Shown here: piece by piece, positions 1-10,752 of the stretch
Position numbering within the stretch: position 1 is the stretch's first letter
Layout of the letters: every line of letters begins with the position of its first letter
Source of the DNA: an uncultured Gemmatimonadaceae bacterium
GTDB taxonomy: Bacteria > Gemmatimonadota > Gemmatimonadetes > Gemmatimonadales > Gemmatimonadaceae
Reading direction: 5' to 3'
NCBI GenBank assembly: GCA_963740355.1
Contig: CAVUDW010000003.1
Location: 160,001 to 224,000 of the forward strand
Length of the DNA: 64,000 nucleotides
The notes under the pieces: model-generated
The model's input: the letters and a program-made list of their open reading frames with translations, nothing else
Told to the model about the DNA's origin: nothing
Database searches by the model: none
Made by a program: the position numbers and the translations under genes

Positions 1-749
1 CCGCGTCAGCGTCAGTCGGCATGCGCATCTACGCGCCGGCGGGCTGCGTGAAGGTGCGCGTCTGGAGTCGCGATTCCATCGACGTGGCTGGGACGATCGC
101 AGCTGGCGCGAGCCTCTTCGGCGGCGGGAGTCGAGACGCCGTCAAGTTTGGCGTCGAGGCACAACGGACCGGCGATACCCGGCTGCCGGCAGTCGATTGG
201 GTGGTGACCGTACCACGCAACGCGCGAGTCTGGGTGAAAATGACGTCGGGAAGAATCGAGAGCGACGGCTCGTCGGGTGAACTGGAGTTGTATGCGGTGT
301 CGGGAAGCATCACAGTGCGCGATGCGACCGGTGTCACCTCGATCGAGTCGATCGATGCGGACGTCGGCATTTCCTCGAGCAGCGGTGATGTCCGGATCCG
401 AAGTGGCAAGGCGCGTGTCGAGTTGCGCGACATGCGCGGCACCGCCTCGATCACGACAGTCAATGGTCCGGTGTTCGTGCGCGGAGCCTCAGCGCCAGAC
501 GGACGGATCGAGACGATCGGCGGTCCGATAAGCATCGAGGCGTCGCAACTGCGTGGTGCCGTGCTCGATCTGCAGACACACAGCGGGCCGATCACGGCCG
601 TTGTCCCGCGACGCGCCGTTCCGCTGCTCGATCTCGTCTCGCGCACCGGAACCGTCACCAACCCTGCGCGAGGCGGTGCGGCGACATGGGGCAAGATCAC
701 GGCGCGGTCATTTCGTGGGACGATCACCGTGCGCATCGCGCCGAACTGA
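1..749 (+). CDS. DUF4097-like beta-strand repeat protein, probably 5'-truncated by the window edge
   Basis: Repeated 'SGxIxV / TVNGPV / TIGGPI / THSGPI' units typical of the family. The frame is open upstream of ATG 21. Confidence 0.7.
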   Translation, partial: ASASVGMRIYAPAGCVKVRVWSRDSIDVAGTIAAGASLFGGGSRDAVKFGVEAQRTGDTRLPAVDWVVTVPRNARVWVKMTSGRIESDGSSGELELYAVSGSITVRDATGVTSIESIDADVGISSSSGDVRIRSGKARVELRDMRGTASITTVNGPVFVRGASAPDGRIETIGGPISIEASQLRGAVLDLQTHSGPITAVVPRRAVPLLDLVSRTGTVTNPARGGAATWGKITARSFRGTITVRIAPN

Positions 750-876
750 ACGCGACCAACGCCTCAACGGGGCGACGTCACGCTGCGACCAGTCACACTC
801 GCATCAGTGCCGGTGAGCGGATGCACGTGCCCTCGGCACGACCATCGCGCACACCAGATTCACCGTGCTCCTGCGG

Positions 877-1233
877 TCAGCCTTTGTCCACCCAGTGCAG
901 CCGGTGCATGATGCGGTGGATGAACGGCGCGAACAGCAGCCCTGACGCCGCAATCACGGCCAGCCCGCAATAGAGGGCATACAGACCGGCGAAGATCTTC
1001 GCGGCATCGGTCTTGAGGTCGGTCGCAACCGGTCCCATGCCACCAAGCAACATCGCGGAATTCAGGAAGGCATCGGTCATGCCCATGCCTGTCAGTGACA
1101 CATATCCAATCATCCCGACAGCCAGTGACGCCAGGATCAGGGCCGTCACGAATGCAAAATGCATCAGGACGCGGCGTCGAAAGAGCGCCGGTGTCAGTGG
1201 CGGCTTCGATTTCGGTTCGAATTTGTACAGCAT
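877..1233 (-). CDS. Small two-helix membrane protein, potassium-channel-like fold without the TVGYG filter
   Basis: Two hydrophobic segments flank DAFLNSAMLLGGMGPV. C-terminal APFIHRIMHRLH. Start taken at ATG 1233. Confidence 0.65.
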   Translation of the reverse strand: MLYKFEPKSKPPLTPALFRRRVLMHFAFVTALILASLAVGMIGYVSLTGMGMTDAFLNSAMLLGGMGPVATDLKTDAAKIFAGLYALYCGLAVIAASGLLFAPFIHRIMHRLHWVDKG

Positions 1234-1344
1234 GCCTTCGTTCCCCGGCTGACGAAGTGGAATGTCGTTCTCTGCCCCGTGCAAGTTGTACATGACTCGT
1301 CGCGCTTGCAGCCTCCGCCTCGTCGCCGCACGCACGCAGGTCGA

Positions 1345-2616
1345 TCAGCGACCAAGCCAGAGCCCTATCGCGCTTGCGATACCAAGAGCGGCCAAGCCGC
1401 CGCCGGCCACTCGGCGCATATCGCGCTGCCCAAGCACGAGCACCATCGTCGCCTTGAGTGCTGTGTTGGCCAGCATACCCACAGCGATGGCTCGAGCGGC
1501 AAGTTGCACGGAGTCAGGCGCTTGCCCATGGCGCGCCATCGAGAAAGTGAGCGCGTCCATGTCGGTCAGGCCGAGCAGGAATGCGGATGTCAGCACGCCA
1601 GCGCTGCCAAAGGTGTCCTTGGAGATTCTGATCGCAAAGATGGCCACCTGAAATGCGAGGGCCAGTTGCAAGGCTGTCCCGATGCGCAATGGTGAGTGCA
1701 ACTGCGCCGCCGCTTCGCCTTCCGGTCCTTTCGGCTGCCGCCACAGCACGATGCCGATCACCACGGCCCCAACCGCGAACGGTGGCAACAGGAATGGCAC
1801 GAGCGCACCGGCAATGGCCGGATTGAGGATCGTGGCCACGACGCTCACGCGCAGCACCAGCACGGTGCAGGCGGCGACCACGCCAAGGCCAAGGGCGCCG
1901 GCGAGCGCAGGCTCCGTCCTGCTCCGCCGCGCGAATTGCAACGCGACCGCTGTGCTCGACACCAATCCGCCGAGCAGGCCCATCGCGGCATAACCGCGAG
2001 ATGCGCCCACCCATCGCTGCAGCAGGAACCCGCCGTAGTTCACGCCGCAGAAGATCAGCACGATGATCCAGAGCTCGCGCGGATTGAGGCCGCCCCACGG
2101 TCCCCAGAGGACGTTCGGCAGGAGCGGCAGGATCACCAATGCCAGCACCGCGAACTGGAGTGCACCCATCAACTCGCGTTCGCCGAGTCGGTCCAGAATC
2201 GTGTGAATCTGCTGCTTGCTGACGAGCGCAGCGACCACCAGGGTGCCAACGCCGGCCGCAATCGCGCGGTGACCCATGCCCGCCATCGCGGCGAGCGCGA
2301 GAACGAGAATCGCGGCGGTTTCGGTGGTGCCGTCAGACGTCGAGCCAGGTCGGCGCACAGCCAGCGCGTAGGCGATCACGCTCAACACCCCACCTGCCGT
2401 GAGGAGGGCTACCGCTGCACCCGCGTTGCCTTCGGCGAGGAGGTGTCCCCCAACGCCGCCCAGCAGGCCAAGCATGAAGAAGGTGCGGACGCCGGCGAAG
2501 CGGCCATCGGGGCCTTCAGTCTTGCCACTCCGTTCACGCTCGAATCCGACCGAGAGTCCCACCAGCGCGGCGACAGCCAGGTTGGAGGCGAGAACGAGTT
2601 CGGAGTTGCCTTGCAT
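1345..2616 (-). CDS. MgtC/SapB family membrane protein with DUF4010 domain
   Basis: GLSVGFERE, FAGVRTF, GTTETA, GGLVSSTAV and GLTDMDA motifs. Many TM helices. Confidence 0.85.
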   Translation of the reverse strand: MQGNSELVLASNLAVAALVGLSVGFERERSGKTEGPDGRFAGVRTFFMLGLLGGVGGHLLAEGNAGAAVALLTAGGVLSVIAYALAVRRPGSTSDGTTETAAILVLALAAMAGMGHRAIAAGVGTLVVAALVSKQQIHTILDRLGERELMGALQFAVLALVILPLLPNVLWGPWGGLNPRELWIIVLIFCGVNYGGFLLQRWVGASRGYAAMGLLGGLVSSTAVALQFARRSRTEPALAGALGLGVVAACTVLVLRVSVVATILNPAIAGALVPFLLPPFAVGAVVIGIVLWRQPKGPEGEAAAQLHSPLRIGTALQLALAFQVAIFAIRISKDTFGSAGVLTSAFLLGLTDMDALTFSMARHGQAPDSVQLAARAIAVGMLANTALKATMVLVLGQRDMRRVAGGGLAALGIASAIGLWLGR

Positions 2617-2647
2617 CAGGAGGCGCCGTACGCACGTCGCATACGCC

Positions 2648-3496
2648 CTAGCTCGCGGGCTTCCCGAGGATCGCGAAGTCCTCGCTCCCCTGTCCGGCTG
2701 CGATCTCTTCGTCCATTCGCGCGGCCAGTGCGGCCAACATGGGCGTGGGGGCCGGTGCCGCCGTCTCGAGCATCAGGCGCAGATCCTTGCGCGCGACGTC
2801 GAGCGTGAAATTCGGTTCGTAGTTACCAGACACCATCATCGTGCCGCGCAGGCCGAGGGGGCCGTTGAGATTCACCTTCGCCAGCATCTCGAGCACGCCC
2901 GCGCGGTCAACAGCTGCCGAATCCGCCAGGCGCATCACATCGGCCAGCACGCCGACCACCGACAACGAGGCCGCGTTGCCGAACAGCTTGTAGACAGCAG
3001 CGAGGTCGGCGCGCTCACCCACATGCCACAGCTCACCAGTCATCGCCGTGAGTGATTCGCGCACCGACTCGAAGCGCGCCGTTGGCCCGGCCACCAGCAT
3101 CATGCCTTTCGCGGTGCGCGCGGCACCGGGACCCATCATGACGGGGGCGTGCAGGTACTTGATGCCAACGGCGTCGAGCGCCGCGGCGCGTGCGGCGGTG
3201 CGCGCAGGCAACGTCGTGGTGTGATCGACGATGACGGCGTCGGGGTGCAACGCGGCCTGGAAATCCGCGATCACGGAATCAACGGTCTCGTCGTCGAGCA
3301 ACACCAGATGCACTCGTTCGGCACCACGGACCGCTTCGGCCGGCGACTCAGCAGCGGTGGCGCCCATCGCCACCAGCGATTCCGTCTTCGAGGCCGTGCG
3401 ATTCCACACGACGACTTCCGTACCACCGCGGCTCAACAGTCCCTCAGCGAACCCGCTGCCCAGCAAACCCATCCCAAGGACTGCGACCCGTGACAT
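2648..3496 (-). CDS. NAD(P)-dependent oxidoreductase, 3-hydroxyisobutyrate dehydrogenase family
   Basis: VLGMGLLG Rossmann motif, WNRT, DHTT, APVMMG, YKL, ARKDL. Confidence 0.85.
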   Translation of the reverse strand: MSRVAVLGMGLLGSGFAEGLLSRGGTEVVVWNRTASKTESLVAMGATAAESPAEAVRGAERVHLVLLDDETVDSVIADFQAALHPDAVIVDHTTTLPARTAARAAALDAVGIKYLHAPVMMGPGAARTAKGMMLVAGPTARFESVRESLTAMTGELWHVGERADLAAVYKLFGNAASLSVVGVLADVMRLADSAAVDRAGVLEMLAKVNLNGPLGLRGTMMVSGNYEPNFTLDVARKDLRLMLETAAPAPTPMLAALAARMDEEIAAGQGSEDFAILGKPAS

Positions 3497-3661
3497 ATGT
3501 GCGTGCTCTCTGGAAGTGTGCGCGGTGACCGACGCCCAAGTATAGCGGGGGCTTGTCACAGGGATCACGACCTCAGCCGTGTTCTGCCGGTCAGCATTGC
3601 CTGCCACGAGTGCTTAGCATGCATCGACACCACCCCCCGAACCCACCGACGAGTCGACCGC

Positions 3662-4183
3662 ATGCCTCCCACCCTGCCTCTGGTACTTCCGATCCTGCGC
3701 CGCGTCCGATTTTTCTCGGGTCAGCTGCTCACCGCAGAGGATTTCCAGCTCGAGCAGGAGTACCATCGTGAGCGTTCCCGGCTGCACAATCGGTTGCTGC
3801 ATGGATGGGGCGTCGTCGATGGTTTCGACGTTCGCAGTCGGGCCGGGATGATCATCGTCAGCCCGGGACTCGCTTTCGACCCATCAGGCGACGAAATCAT
3901 CCTGCCGCACGACACGCCGCTGAGCGTCGCGCCGGGCAGCAAGGGGGGTCCATCGCTCTACGTGATCGCGCGGTACGCTGAAGTCCTCACCGATCCCGTC
4001 GCGAGTCCTGGTGGCACCACCGACGGCACGGAATTCAGCCGCGTGGTGGAAGGTGCCGTGCTGGAGCTGCAGGACTCCGTGCCACGGACGCCGCACGCCG
4101 GCGTTGCCATCGCTCGGCTGCTCTGGCGCACGACGCAGTGGCGCGTGGACGCTCGCTACCGCCGGCGACGCATCAAGAAATGA
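3662..4183 (+). CDS. Hypothetical protein resembling the N-terminal domain of contractile-injection-system/phage-tail-associated proteins
   Basis: RVRFFSGQLLTAEDFQLEQEYHRERSRLHNRLLHGWGVVDG and VSPGLAFDPSGDEI motifs. Confidence 0.55.
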   Translation: MPPTLPLVLPILRRVRFFSGQLLTAEDFQLEQEYHRERSRLHNRLLHGWGVVDGFDVRSRAGMIIVSPGLAFDPSGDEIILPHDTPLSVAPGSKGGPSLYVIARYAEVLTDPVASPGGTTDGTEFSRVVEGAVLELQDSVPRTPHAGVAIARLLWRTTQWRVDARYRRRRIKK

Positions 4184-4216
4184 TCGTCGCGGGCAGTCGC
4201 CCGCCGCGAATGTGGG

Positions 4217-4936
4217 TCAGAAGACGATGGTGCCAGCAGGACATTGCAGCACCACGCGCATCGCGGAGGCGCCCTTCGATACACTGACGGCAATTCCTGT
4301 GGAGGCGAGGAATCGCGTCAGTGGCGCCGGATCGGGCTCCGACATCTCGACGGAGGTCAACGCACAGCCCGTTGGAGACTGCGTGCTCGGATGCGCAGTA
4401 CTGGTGCCCCACTGGATGAAGAACGGCGCTGCGTTGAGGCTCGCCCCGCTCACCGACGCAGTCTGCCAACTCAATTTCACGCCATCCGGCCGCGTACGAG
4501 CGCCCGGCCGGACCGGTGACATTTCGAACCCAGCGCTTGTGACTGTGCGGACCACACGCGTGATGTCGGACGTATGTAGCGCCCAGCCCACCGGCTTCAG
4601 CGTGGCCGATGTCGTCATGGCGTCGATGGACGTTCCTGGTTCGTGCGAGGGGGCCATGATCTCGATGTAGCGCCCAGCGCCCAGCGATACGAGCGCGTTC
4701 TGCGTGCCTCGACCCGGATGCACGCCGCCCTTCACGGGTGCTACACCGGTGCGACGTGTGAACTCCGCCATCCCTTTCTCGAGATCATTGACCCCGAGGA
4801 TCAGGTGGTCGATGCCAACATCCGTTTCTGCCACCCCTGGTTGCGCATGGCCGGGTGTGGCGGCAATGAGCACGGTGAAACACAGAGCCAACCAGCGCGA
4901 CCTGTGCAGGGGGCTTGCGTGACTATCGAGTGGCAT
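4217..4936 (-). CDS. VOC/glyoxalase-like domain protein with signal peptide
   Basis: IDHLILGV, GGVHPGRGTQNAL, YIEI, GARTRPDG, PFFIQW. Hydrophobic N-terminus ending in GHA-Q. Confidence 0.8.
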   Translation of the reverse strand: MPLDSHASPLHRSRWLALCFTVLIAATPGHAQPGVAETDVGIDHLILGVNDLEKGMAEFTRRTGVAPVKGGVHPGRGTQNALVSLGAGRYIEIMAPSHEPGTSIDAMTTSATLKPVGWALHTSDITRVVRTVTSAGFEMSPVRPGARTRPDGVKLSWQTASVSGASLNAAPFFIQWGTSTAHPSTQSPTGCALTSVEMSEPDPAPLTRFLASTGIAVSVSKGASAMRVVLQCPAGTIVF

Positions 4937-5103
4937 TCGACACCTCGGATGATGGGCGGATAGGCGCAGCGCGGTTTCGCATGCGACGAACAGCTTCGAG
5001 ACATCCCGTCGCATACTATCGGTGAAGCCACGCATTCCAGCCGCCAGCCACGGTGTGGGCGAACCGACGCGGAGTTCGGCACGGCCGAACTGCAAGCGAA
5101 CGC

Positions 5104-5130
5104 TTCAGCAGGCCCGGCCGCGACCGATAC
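5104..5130 (+). promoter_or_regulatory. Putative sigma-28 (FliA) promoter of the MCP gene
   Basis: TTCA-N15-ACCGATAC versus consensus TAAA-N15-GCCGATAA, about 80 bp upstream of a chemoreceptor. Confidence 0.45.
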
Positions 5131-5207
5131 TGAAATATATCAGCGATACATCAGGCTTTGGCTCAGGCCGCCTGCCATTAACCGACTCGCCCAAGGCCGA
5201 CGTCAGC

Positions 5208-7769
5208 ATGACACAGCCACCCACCGCCGGCTCGCCGCGCGGTACCTCGCGATACGCACGAGCCGTGATGAGCTTCCGCCGCTGGCCAATCGCCAGAAAG
5301 CTGGCGCTGCTCTGCCTCGCCTTCGGCATCGTGCCGCTTGCACTCGCCTCCACCCTGCTGCTCAATCGCGCGGCATTGGCGGTGCGAGAGCGCGCCGCCG
5401 ACGGCCTGCAGAAGACCGCAGGTCACGTGGCTGACAAGATCGATCGCAACCTCTTCGAGCGATATGGCGACGTGCAGGCGTTCGGGTTCAACGACGCAGT
5501 GGAAGATCGCAGTCAGTGGTACAAGGTTGGAGCCGCAAACAACCGGATCGCGGATCGCACCAACGCCTACGTCGCAGCCTACGGCATGTACGTGCTGTCG
5601 ACGCTGGTGGACGCCGAGGGCAAGGTCATTTCCGTGAACGACAAGGACGCAACAGGCAAGCCGATCGCGACCAGCAGCCTGTATGAGACGAACTACCGCG
5701 ATGCCGCGTGGTTCCGCGCCTGCATGGCCGGGCAGTTCTCGCAAAGAATGCAGTACAGTGATTCCGCCAACACCAGCGCAACCGGCACCGTCATCACCCC
5801 CGCCGCGGCCGACGCGGACGTGCAGCGCGTGTACGGCCCGAGTGCCGCCGACGTGGTCGGTTTTGCCGCGCCACTCCGGAACCGCAGTGGCACAGCGATC
5901 GGGTGCTGGCGCAATCTCGCGACCGTCTCACTCGTCAATGCGATGCTTGGTGATGCCGCGCACGATCTCCGGACGGCCGGGTATGCAGGCGCCACGCTGC
6001 TGGTGGTCGACAGCACGGGACGGAAGTTGGCAGAAGGTGGACAGGCGCTCGCCGATTCCGTACTGCGTGTCGAACGCAGTCCGGAAGGCTCGCTGGTGTC
6101 GCTGCGGAACGGCGCCTCCGGACACCGCGAAGCCGTGATCGCCGGCACGACGATGCAAGTCGGGTACGCGCACCTCCACGGTGCACTCGGCTATCCCGGG
6201 ATGAACTGGGGGGTGCTGATCAGTGTACCGCAGGCGGAAATCGATGCCGCAGCGAACATCGGCCAACTGCGTTTGACAGCATTCGCGCTCTGTGTGGCAG
6301 TGGCCGTGCTGATCCTCGTCGTCGCATTCCGCATCGGCAGTCGGGTCGCGAAACCGATCCGCGAAATGGCCTCCATCGCGCAGGATGTCTCGGTTGGCCG
6401 ACTCGATCGCACCGCCGTCTACGCCTCGTACGACGAGATCGGCCAGGTCGGTGCCTCGCTCACACGCATCGTCACAGCGCAACAGGACCTTGCCGCGACG
6501 GCGCGCCAGATCGCAGCCGGCAATACGGCCGTCGAGATCGCGGCGCGCTCCGAGCATGACGAACTGTCACGCGCATTCATGTCGATGCGTGACACGCTGC
6601 GTGCATTGGTCAGCGAGATGGAGCAGTTGTCGATCGCGGCACAGGACGGGCACCTCGATGTGCGGGGCAGCGTCACGAAGTTCGACGGTGCCTTCCGTGA
6701 GCTGGTGTCCGGCGTGAATGCGACGCTCGAAGCAGGTGCCGCACCAGTTCGTGAAGCGCGTGACGTACTCGGCAAGCTTGCGCAGCGCGATCTTACCGCT
6801 CGCATGACGGGCGTCTATCGCGGCGATCATGCGGCACTGTCAGACAGTATCAACACCGCGATCATCGATCTTGGGGCCGCCTTGACCGATGTTCGCCGCG
6901 AATCCGATGGTATCTACGCCTCGGCCCAGGAAATCGCCTCGGCATCGCAGGAGCAGGCCAACGGTGCCACGCGACAGGCCGGGCTGCTGGAATCGATGAG
7001 CGGTGACATCTCCGAACAGCGGACACTGAGCGGCGGCGTCGCCGACCGCACTCGCGAGCTCAGTGACCTGGTGAGCAAGACGCGTGATGCGGCAAAGCTT
7101 GGCTATGATCGGGTCGGTGAAGTGGCGGGTGCGTTGGCGGAGATTCGTGAACGCGCCCTGATGACACAGAAGATAGCGCGGAAGATGGAGGAGATCGCCT
7201 CACAGACGAACCTCCTTGCGCTCAACGCCGCGGTGGAGGCGGCACGAGCCGGCGAATCAGGCGCTGGATTTGCGGTCGTTGCCGAGGAAGTCCGTGCACT
7301 TGCGTTGCGCGCGACGGAATCAGCGAAGGAAACACAAACCGTGATCGACAGCGCCGTGAAGAGCGTGATCACTGGCGTGCGCCTCGGTGAATCGGCGGTG
7401 GACGTGTTGCGTGGCATCGAGACGAATGCAGCCGATGCGGCGGCGGTGGTGATCGATATTGCGTCTTCCACCGGCGTACAGGCGAAGGGTCTGGAGACCA
7501 TCGATGGTGCTGCCGCCTCCGTCGCGACCTACACCAGTGCATCCGCTGCCAATGCGGAAGAAACGGCAGCGGCGTCCGAGGAGCTGTCCAGCATGGCCGG
7601 CACACTGGCGTCGCTGGTCGGACGCTTCAGGCTGGACGCGGCGACAGCAGGCGGACGGTCGGAGCCACAGTCGCGTGCACTCGTCGGGCGCGGGAAACCC
7701 ACGCGGTCACCGCGCGCCAGTCGTGCGGCGCGAGACGAGGCGGTCACCGCGCTGGCCGATGATAATTGA
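5208..7769 (+). CDS. Methyl-accepting chemotaxis protein (periplasmic sensor, HAMP domains, signalling domain)
   Basis: Two TM segments, DEIGQ/DELS HAMP motifs, [37 protein letters not shown]. Start at 5208 or 5268. Confidence 0.93.
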   Translation: MTQPPTAGSPRGTSRYARAVMSFRRWPIARKLALLCLAFGIVPLALASTLLLNRAALAVRERAADGLQKTAGHVADKIDRNLFERYGDVQAFGFNDAVEDRSQWYKVGAANNRIADRTNAYVAAYGMYVLSTLVDAEGKVISVNDKDATGKPIATSSLYETNYRDAAWFRACMAGQFSQRMQYSDSANTSATGTVITPAAADADVQRVYGPSAADVVGFAAPLRNRSGTAIGCWRNLATVSLVNAMLGDAAHDLRTAGYAGATLLVVDSTGRKLAEGGQALADSVLRVERSPEGSLVSLRNGASGHREAVIAGTTMQVGYAHLHGALGYPGMNWGVLISVPQAEIDAAANIGQLRLTAFALCVAVAVLILVVAFRIGSRVAKPIREMASIAQDVSVGRLDRTAVYASYDEIGQVGASLTRIVTAQQDLAATARQIAAGNTAVEIAARSEHDELSRAFMSMRDTLRALVSEMEQLSIAAQDGHLDVRGSVTKFDGAFRELVSGVNATLEAGAAPVREARDVLGKLAQRDLTARMTGVYRGDHAALSDSINTAIIDLGAALTDVRRESDGIYASAQEIASASQEQANGATRQAGLLESMSGDISEQRTLSGGVADRTRELSDLVSKTRDAAKLGYDRVGEVAGALAEIRERALMTQKIARKMEEIASQTNLLALNAAVEAARAGESGAGFAVVAEEVRALALRATESAKETQTVIDSAVKSVITGVRLGESAVDVLRGIETNAADAAAVVIDIASSTGVQAKGLETIDGAAASVATYTSASAANAEETAAASEELSSMAGTLASLVGRFRLDAATAGGRSEPQSRALVGRGKPTRSPRASRAARDEAVTALADDN

Positions 7770-7857
7770 GCGACTGGTAGCCACCGGGAATGACAGTCGA
7801 ACACAAACGCGCCTGCCAGAACCCTGGCAGGCGCGCTTCACATCCAACGGTGTGTGA

Positions 7858-8772
7858 CTACTTCGACGCGACCACGGCCTTCGGTGGCAGCGTCTTCAGG
7901 TAGAGATACAGCCCATGCAATTCCTCGTCTGACATCTTGCCCATTGCCTTCCACGGCATCAGGTCGATCAGCTGTCGACCATCGGGACGGATGCCTTCCC
8001 GGAAGACGCGCACGAACTCGGCCTCGCTCCAGCGGCCGATGTCACCGCTCGGCGTGATGTTCGCAGAGTGTTTCGCATCGGCGGGTTGACCGGGCACCGG
8101 CCCGCCGCCGTAGTCCACACCGTGACATCCAATGCAGCCCGAGCCGATGTATCGCCCCTGCTCGAGCGTACCGCCAATGGGGGCCTTTGCCAGCGTCTGG
8201 CGCGAATGATCGATGACATCATACGCCACCGGAATCTTGCCGGCGGCGATCAAGCCGCGCCCAATCGGACCGAGCGACGTCAGCGGAAGTTCGTGATCGA
8301 CTGGTGGCCGGGTGCGAATGTTCGCAATCAGCGCCGCGATGTCGTCGTCAGCCAGCGTCTGATACTCGAGCGACGGCATGATCAACAGCTTCCGGCCATT
8401 CCACGACACGCCATCGCGAATCGCCGCATCGAGTGCGGCGTCGGTGTAGTGTGACAACACTCCACCCTTGCCGGCCGTCAGGTTGCTCGACACCAGACGA
8501 CCGAACGCAGGATCGTCGGCCATCACCTTGCCAGCCAGGTTTTCGGTGTGACAGTCCTGACAGCCGTAGGTCTCGGTCAGCTTCCGGCCCTTGGCGAGGA
8601 GCGCCGAGTCGGCGACGACCTCGATCGCCTTTCGCGTCGGCGGGACGCCGGTCCGAGTGAGCGTCCACTGCGTCTGCGCGTACACCGCACCAATCGCCAC
8701 GACTGCAATTCCAAGCACGACTGCCAGCCCACGTCCAACCCAGCGTAAGGCACGCATCGCTGCCGCTCCCAT
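7858..8772 (-). CDS. Membrane-anchored dihaem cytochrome c
   Basis: Two CxxCH motifs (CQDCH, CIGCH), each followed by SNLT/ANIT and an MP axial-ligand motif. N-terminal TM helix. Confidence 0.88.
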   Translation of the reverse strand: MGAAAMRALRWVGRGLAVVLGIAVVAIGAVYAQTQWTLTRTGVPPTRKAIEVVADSALLAKGRKLTETYGCQDCHTENLAGKVMADDPAFGRLVSSNLTAGKGGVLSHYTDAALDAAIRDGVSWNGRKLLIMPSLEYQTLADDDIAALIANIRTRPPVDHELPLTSLGPIGRGLIAAGKIPVAYDVIDHSRQTLAKAPIGGTLEQGRYIGSGCIGCHGVDYGGGPVPGQPADAKHSANITPSGDIGRWSEAEFVRVFREGIRPDGRQLIDLMPWKAMGKMSDEELHGLYLYLKTLPPKAVVASK

Positions 8773-8853
8773 GCATGAAGGGTGAATGACTCCCTACAGT
8801 ACGGAGCGGACCGGCGTTTTGTATCACTACGCCGAGCCGGCGGCCTCAGCTAT

Positions 8854-9978
8854 TCAGTCCGTCGCCGCTGGCAGTGTCAGGAGCGCCGACGTGCCGCGGC
8901 CGATCTCGCTCTCGAGCGACAGGGTGCCACCATGCGCCCGCACGATGCCGTGCGCGATCGCCAACCCCAAGCCCGCCCCTGAACGATCGGTGCGCTTGCT
9001 CTGCCAGAAGCGATCGAAAACGAACGGCAGGTCTTCGGCCGCGATGCCATCGCCGGTGTCCTGTACGATCACCAGGATGCCAGTCGGATGCCGCAGTGCA
9101 CGCATGCGCACCTGTCCGCCCTCCGGCGTGAACTTCACCGCATTGCCGACCAGGTTCGACAACACCTGCGCGATCCGATCAGGGTCGATGTCGACCATCG
9201 GCAATCCTGCCTCGAGTTCCGTCTCGAGGGTCACGCCACGAGCGGCCGCCAACGGGGCCAGCAGGTCGGCGGTCGTGGCCATCAACGCACCAATCGCCTC
9301 GGGACGCTTCGAAATGCGCAGCTGCCCGCGCTCGAGACGCGTCACATCGAGCAGGTCCTGGATCAGCGTATCCATCTGCGTGGCCGCCTGCAGCATGACG
9401 CTCGCGTGTTCCGAGGCCATCGGCGGCATGCGCGTCGCACTGGCATCACTCGGAATGCGCATCAGTGCCGACGCCAGCATCTTCACGGCGTTCACTGGGT
9501 TGCGAAGATCGTGCGACACGAGGCCAAGCAGGTCATCACGATCGCGGACTGCATTCTCCGCATCGGCCAGTGCACGCTGCACCAGCGCCTCGGTTCGGCG
9601 TTGCTCCGAGACATCGCGCATCACGACGGCGAACAAGGTGCCTTCATCCGTCACCACGCGCGCGATCGCTGCCTCGGCCGAGAATTCCTCGCCATTCTTT
9701 CGCAGCCCGAAGATCGGTGAGCGCTCCGACATCTTGCGCGCCTCGCTGTCACTGTGGCCAAAGGCGCGAATGTGCCCGCTGTGCGCGACGTGAAAACGGT
9801 TCGGCAGGAGCATCGAAAGCGATTGCCCAACCACCTCGGCCGGCGCATGCCCGAACATCCGGGTGGCCCCGTCATTGAAGAAGCAGATGACCTGACGCTC
9901 ATCGACGCAAATGATCGCATCGGAGGCGATGTGGAGGATGCGCGCGAGGACGCGGTCGGGAACGGTGGTATTTGGCAT
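8854..9978 (-). CDS. Cytoplasmic PAS-domain histidine kinase, FixL-like haem-PAS
   Basis: PAS: SDAIICVD...MLLPNRFHVAHSGH...GLRKNGEEF. H-box VSHDLRNP, N-box NLVGNAVKF, G-boxes DTGDGI and GAGLGL. Confidence 0.88.
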   Translation of the reverse strand: MPNTTVPDRVLARILHIASDAIICVDERQVICFFNDGATRMFGHAPAEVVGQSLSMLLPNRFHVAHSGHIRAFGHSDSEARKMSERSPIFGLRKNGEEFSAEAAIARVVTDEGTLFAVVMRDVSEQRRTEALVQRALADAENAVRDRDDLLGLVSHDLRNPVNAVKMLASALMRIPSDASATRMPPMASEHASVMLQAATQMDTLIQDLLDVTRLERGQLRISKRPEAIGALMATTADLLAPLAAARGVTLETELEAGLPMVDIDPDRIAQVLSNLVGNAVKFTPEGGQVRMRALRHPTGILVIVQDTGDGIAAEDLPFVFDRFWQSKRTDRSGAGLGLAIAHGIVRAHGGTLSLESEIGRGTSALLTLPAATD

Positions 9979-10080
9979 TGGCGGGAATGGTACTTTCCTG
10001 CCAATGGAAAGGTGTCCGGCTTCGCCTGACACCGCACGGGCCTCGAATGCTGCACTCTTGCGCCAGACCTGGAGGTCACC

Positions 10081-10752
10081 ATGGATAACGACGTAATCAC
10101 TGTGCTCCTGGCGGACGACCACGCCGTCGTGCGCTACGGGCTGAAAGCGGTACTGCAGACGGCGCCGGACATCACGGTGATCGGTGAAGCCCGCAACGGC
10201 CGCGAGGCGGTGGATGCCGCCATGCGGTTGAAGCCGGATGTGGTGGTGATGGACCTGAGCATGGATGGCATGGACGGCGCGGCCGCGACGAAGGAGCTGC
10301 AGCGCCTTCAATCGACGTCCCGCATCCTCGTGCTCTCGATGCACGCCGAGGATGAGCATCTCGTCCGGTTGCTGGAGGCGGGGGCGAGCGGCTACCTGGT
10401 CAAGAACGCCGCCGACCGCGAGCTGGTCGACGCCGTCCGCATGGTGGCGCGCGGCGACCAGTACCTGCGCCTGGGAGCCGTGCGGGCCCTCGCCAAGGAG
10501 CTCAAGAAGCGCGAACATCGCGCGGCTGAGCAGACACAATACGAATCGCTGTCAGATCGCGAACGATCGATCCTGCGACTCATCGCCGCCGGCTACACCG
10601 GGCCGGACATTGGCGCCCAGCTGAATATCAGTGCGAAGACGGTGGACACGTACAAGCAGCGGATCCAGGAAAAGATCGGCCTTGCCCATCGCCCGGATTA
10701 TGTCCGGTTTGCGGTCCGGCTCGGTCTCCTCGATGAAGAAGTGCGCATGTAG
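10081..10752 (+). CDS. NarL/FixJ-family response regulator (REC + LuxR HTH)
   Basis: ADDHAVVR, VVMDLSM, GASGYLVK, LSDRE...ISAKTVDTY. RBS GGAGG. Confidence 0.93.
   Translation: MDNDVITVLLADDHAVVRYGLKAVLQTAPDITVIGEARNGREAVDAAMRLKPDVVVMDLSMDGMDGAAATKELQRLQSTSRILVLSMHAEDEHLVRLLEAGASGYLVKNAADRELVDAVRMVARGDQYLRLGAVRALAKELKKREHRAAEQTQYESLSDRERSILRLIAAGYTGPDIGAQLNISAKTVDTYKQRIQEKIGLAHRPDYVRFAVRLGLLDEEVRM

Noticed and set aside
9979..10539. N-terminal 187 aa of the 561-aa kinase ORF
   Set aside because: Overlaps the response regulator on the opposite strand. The kinase more plausibly starts at ATG 9978.
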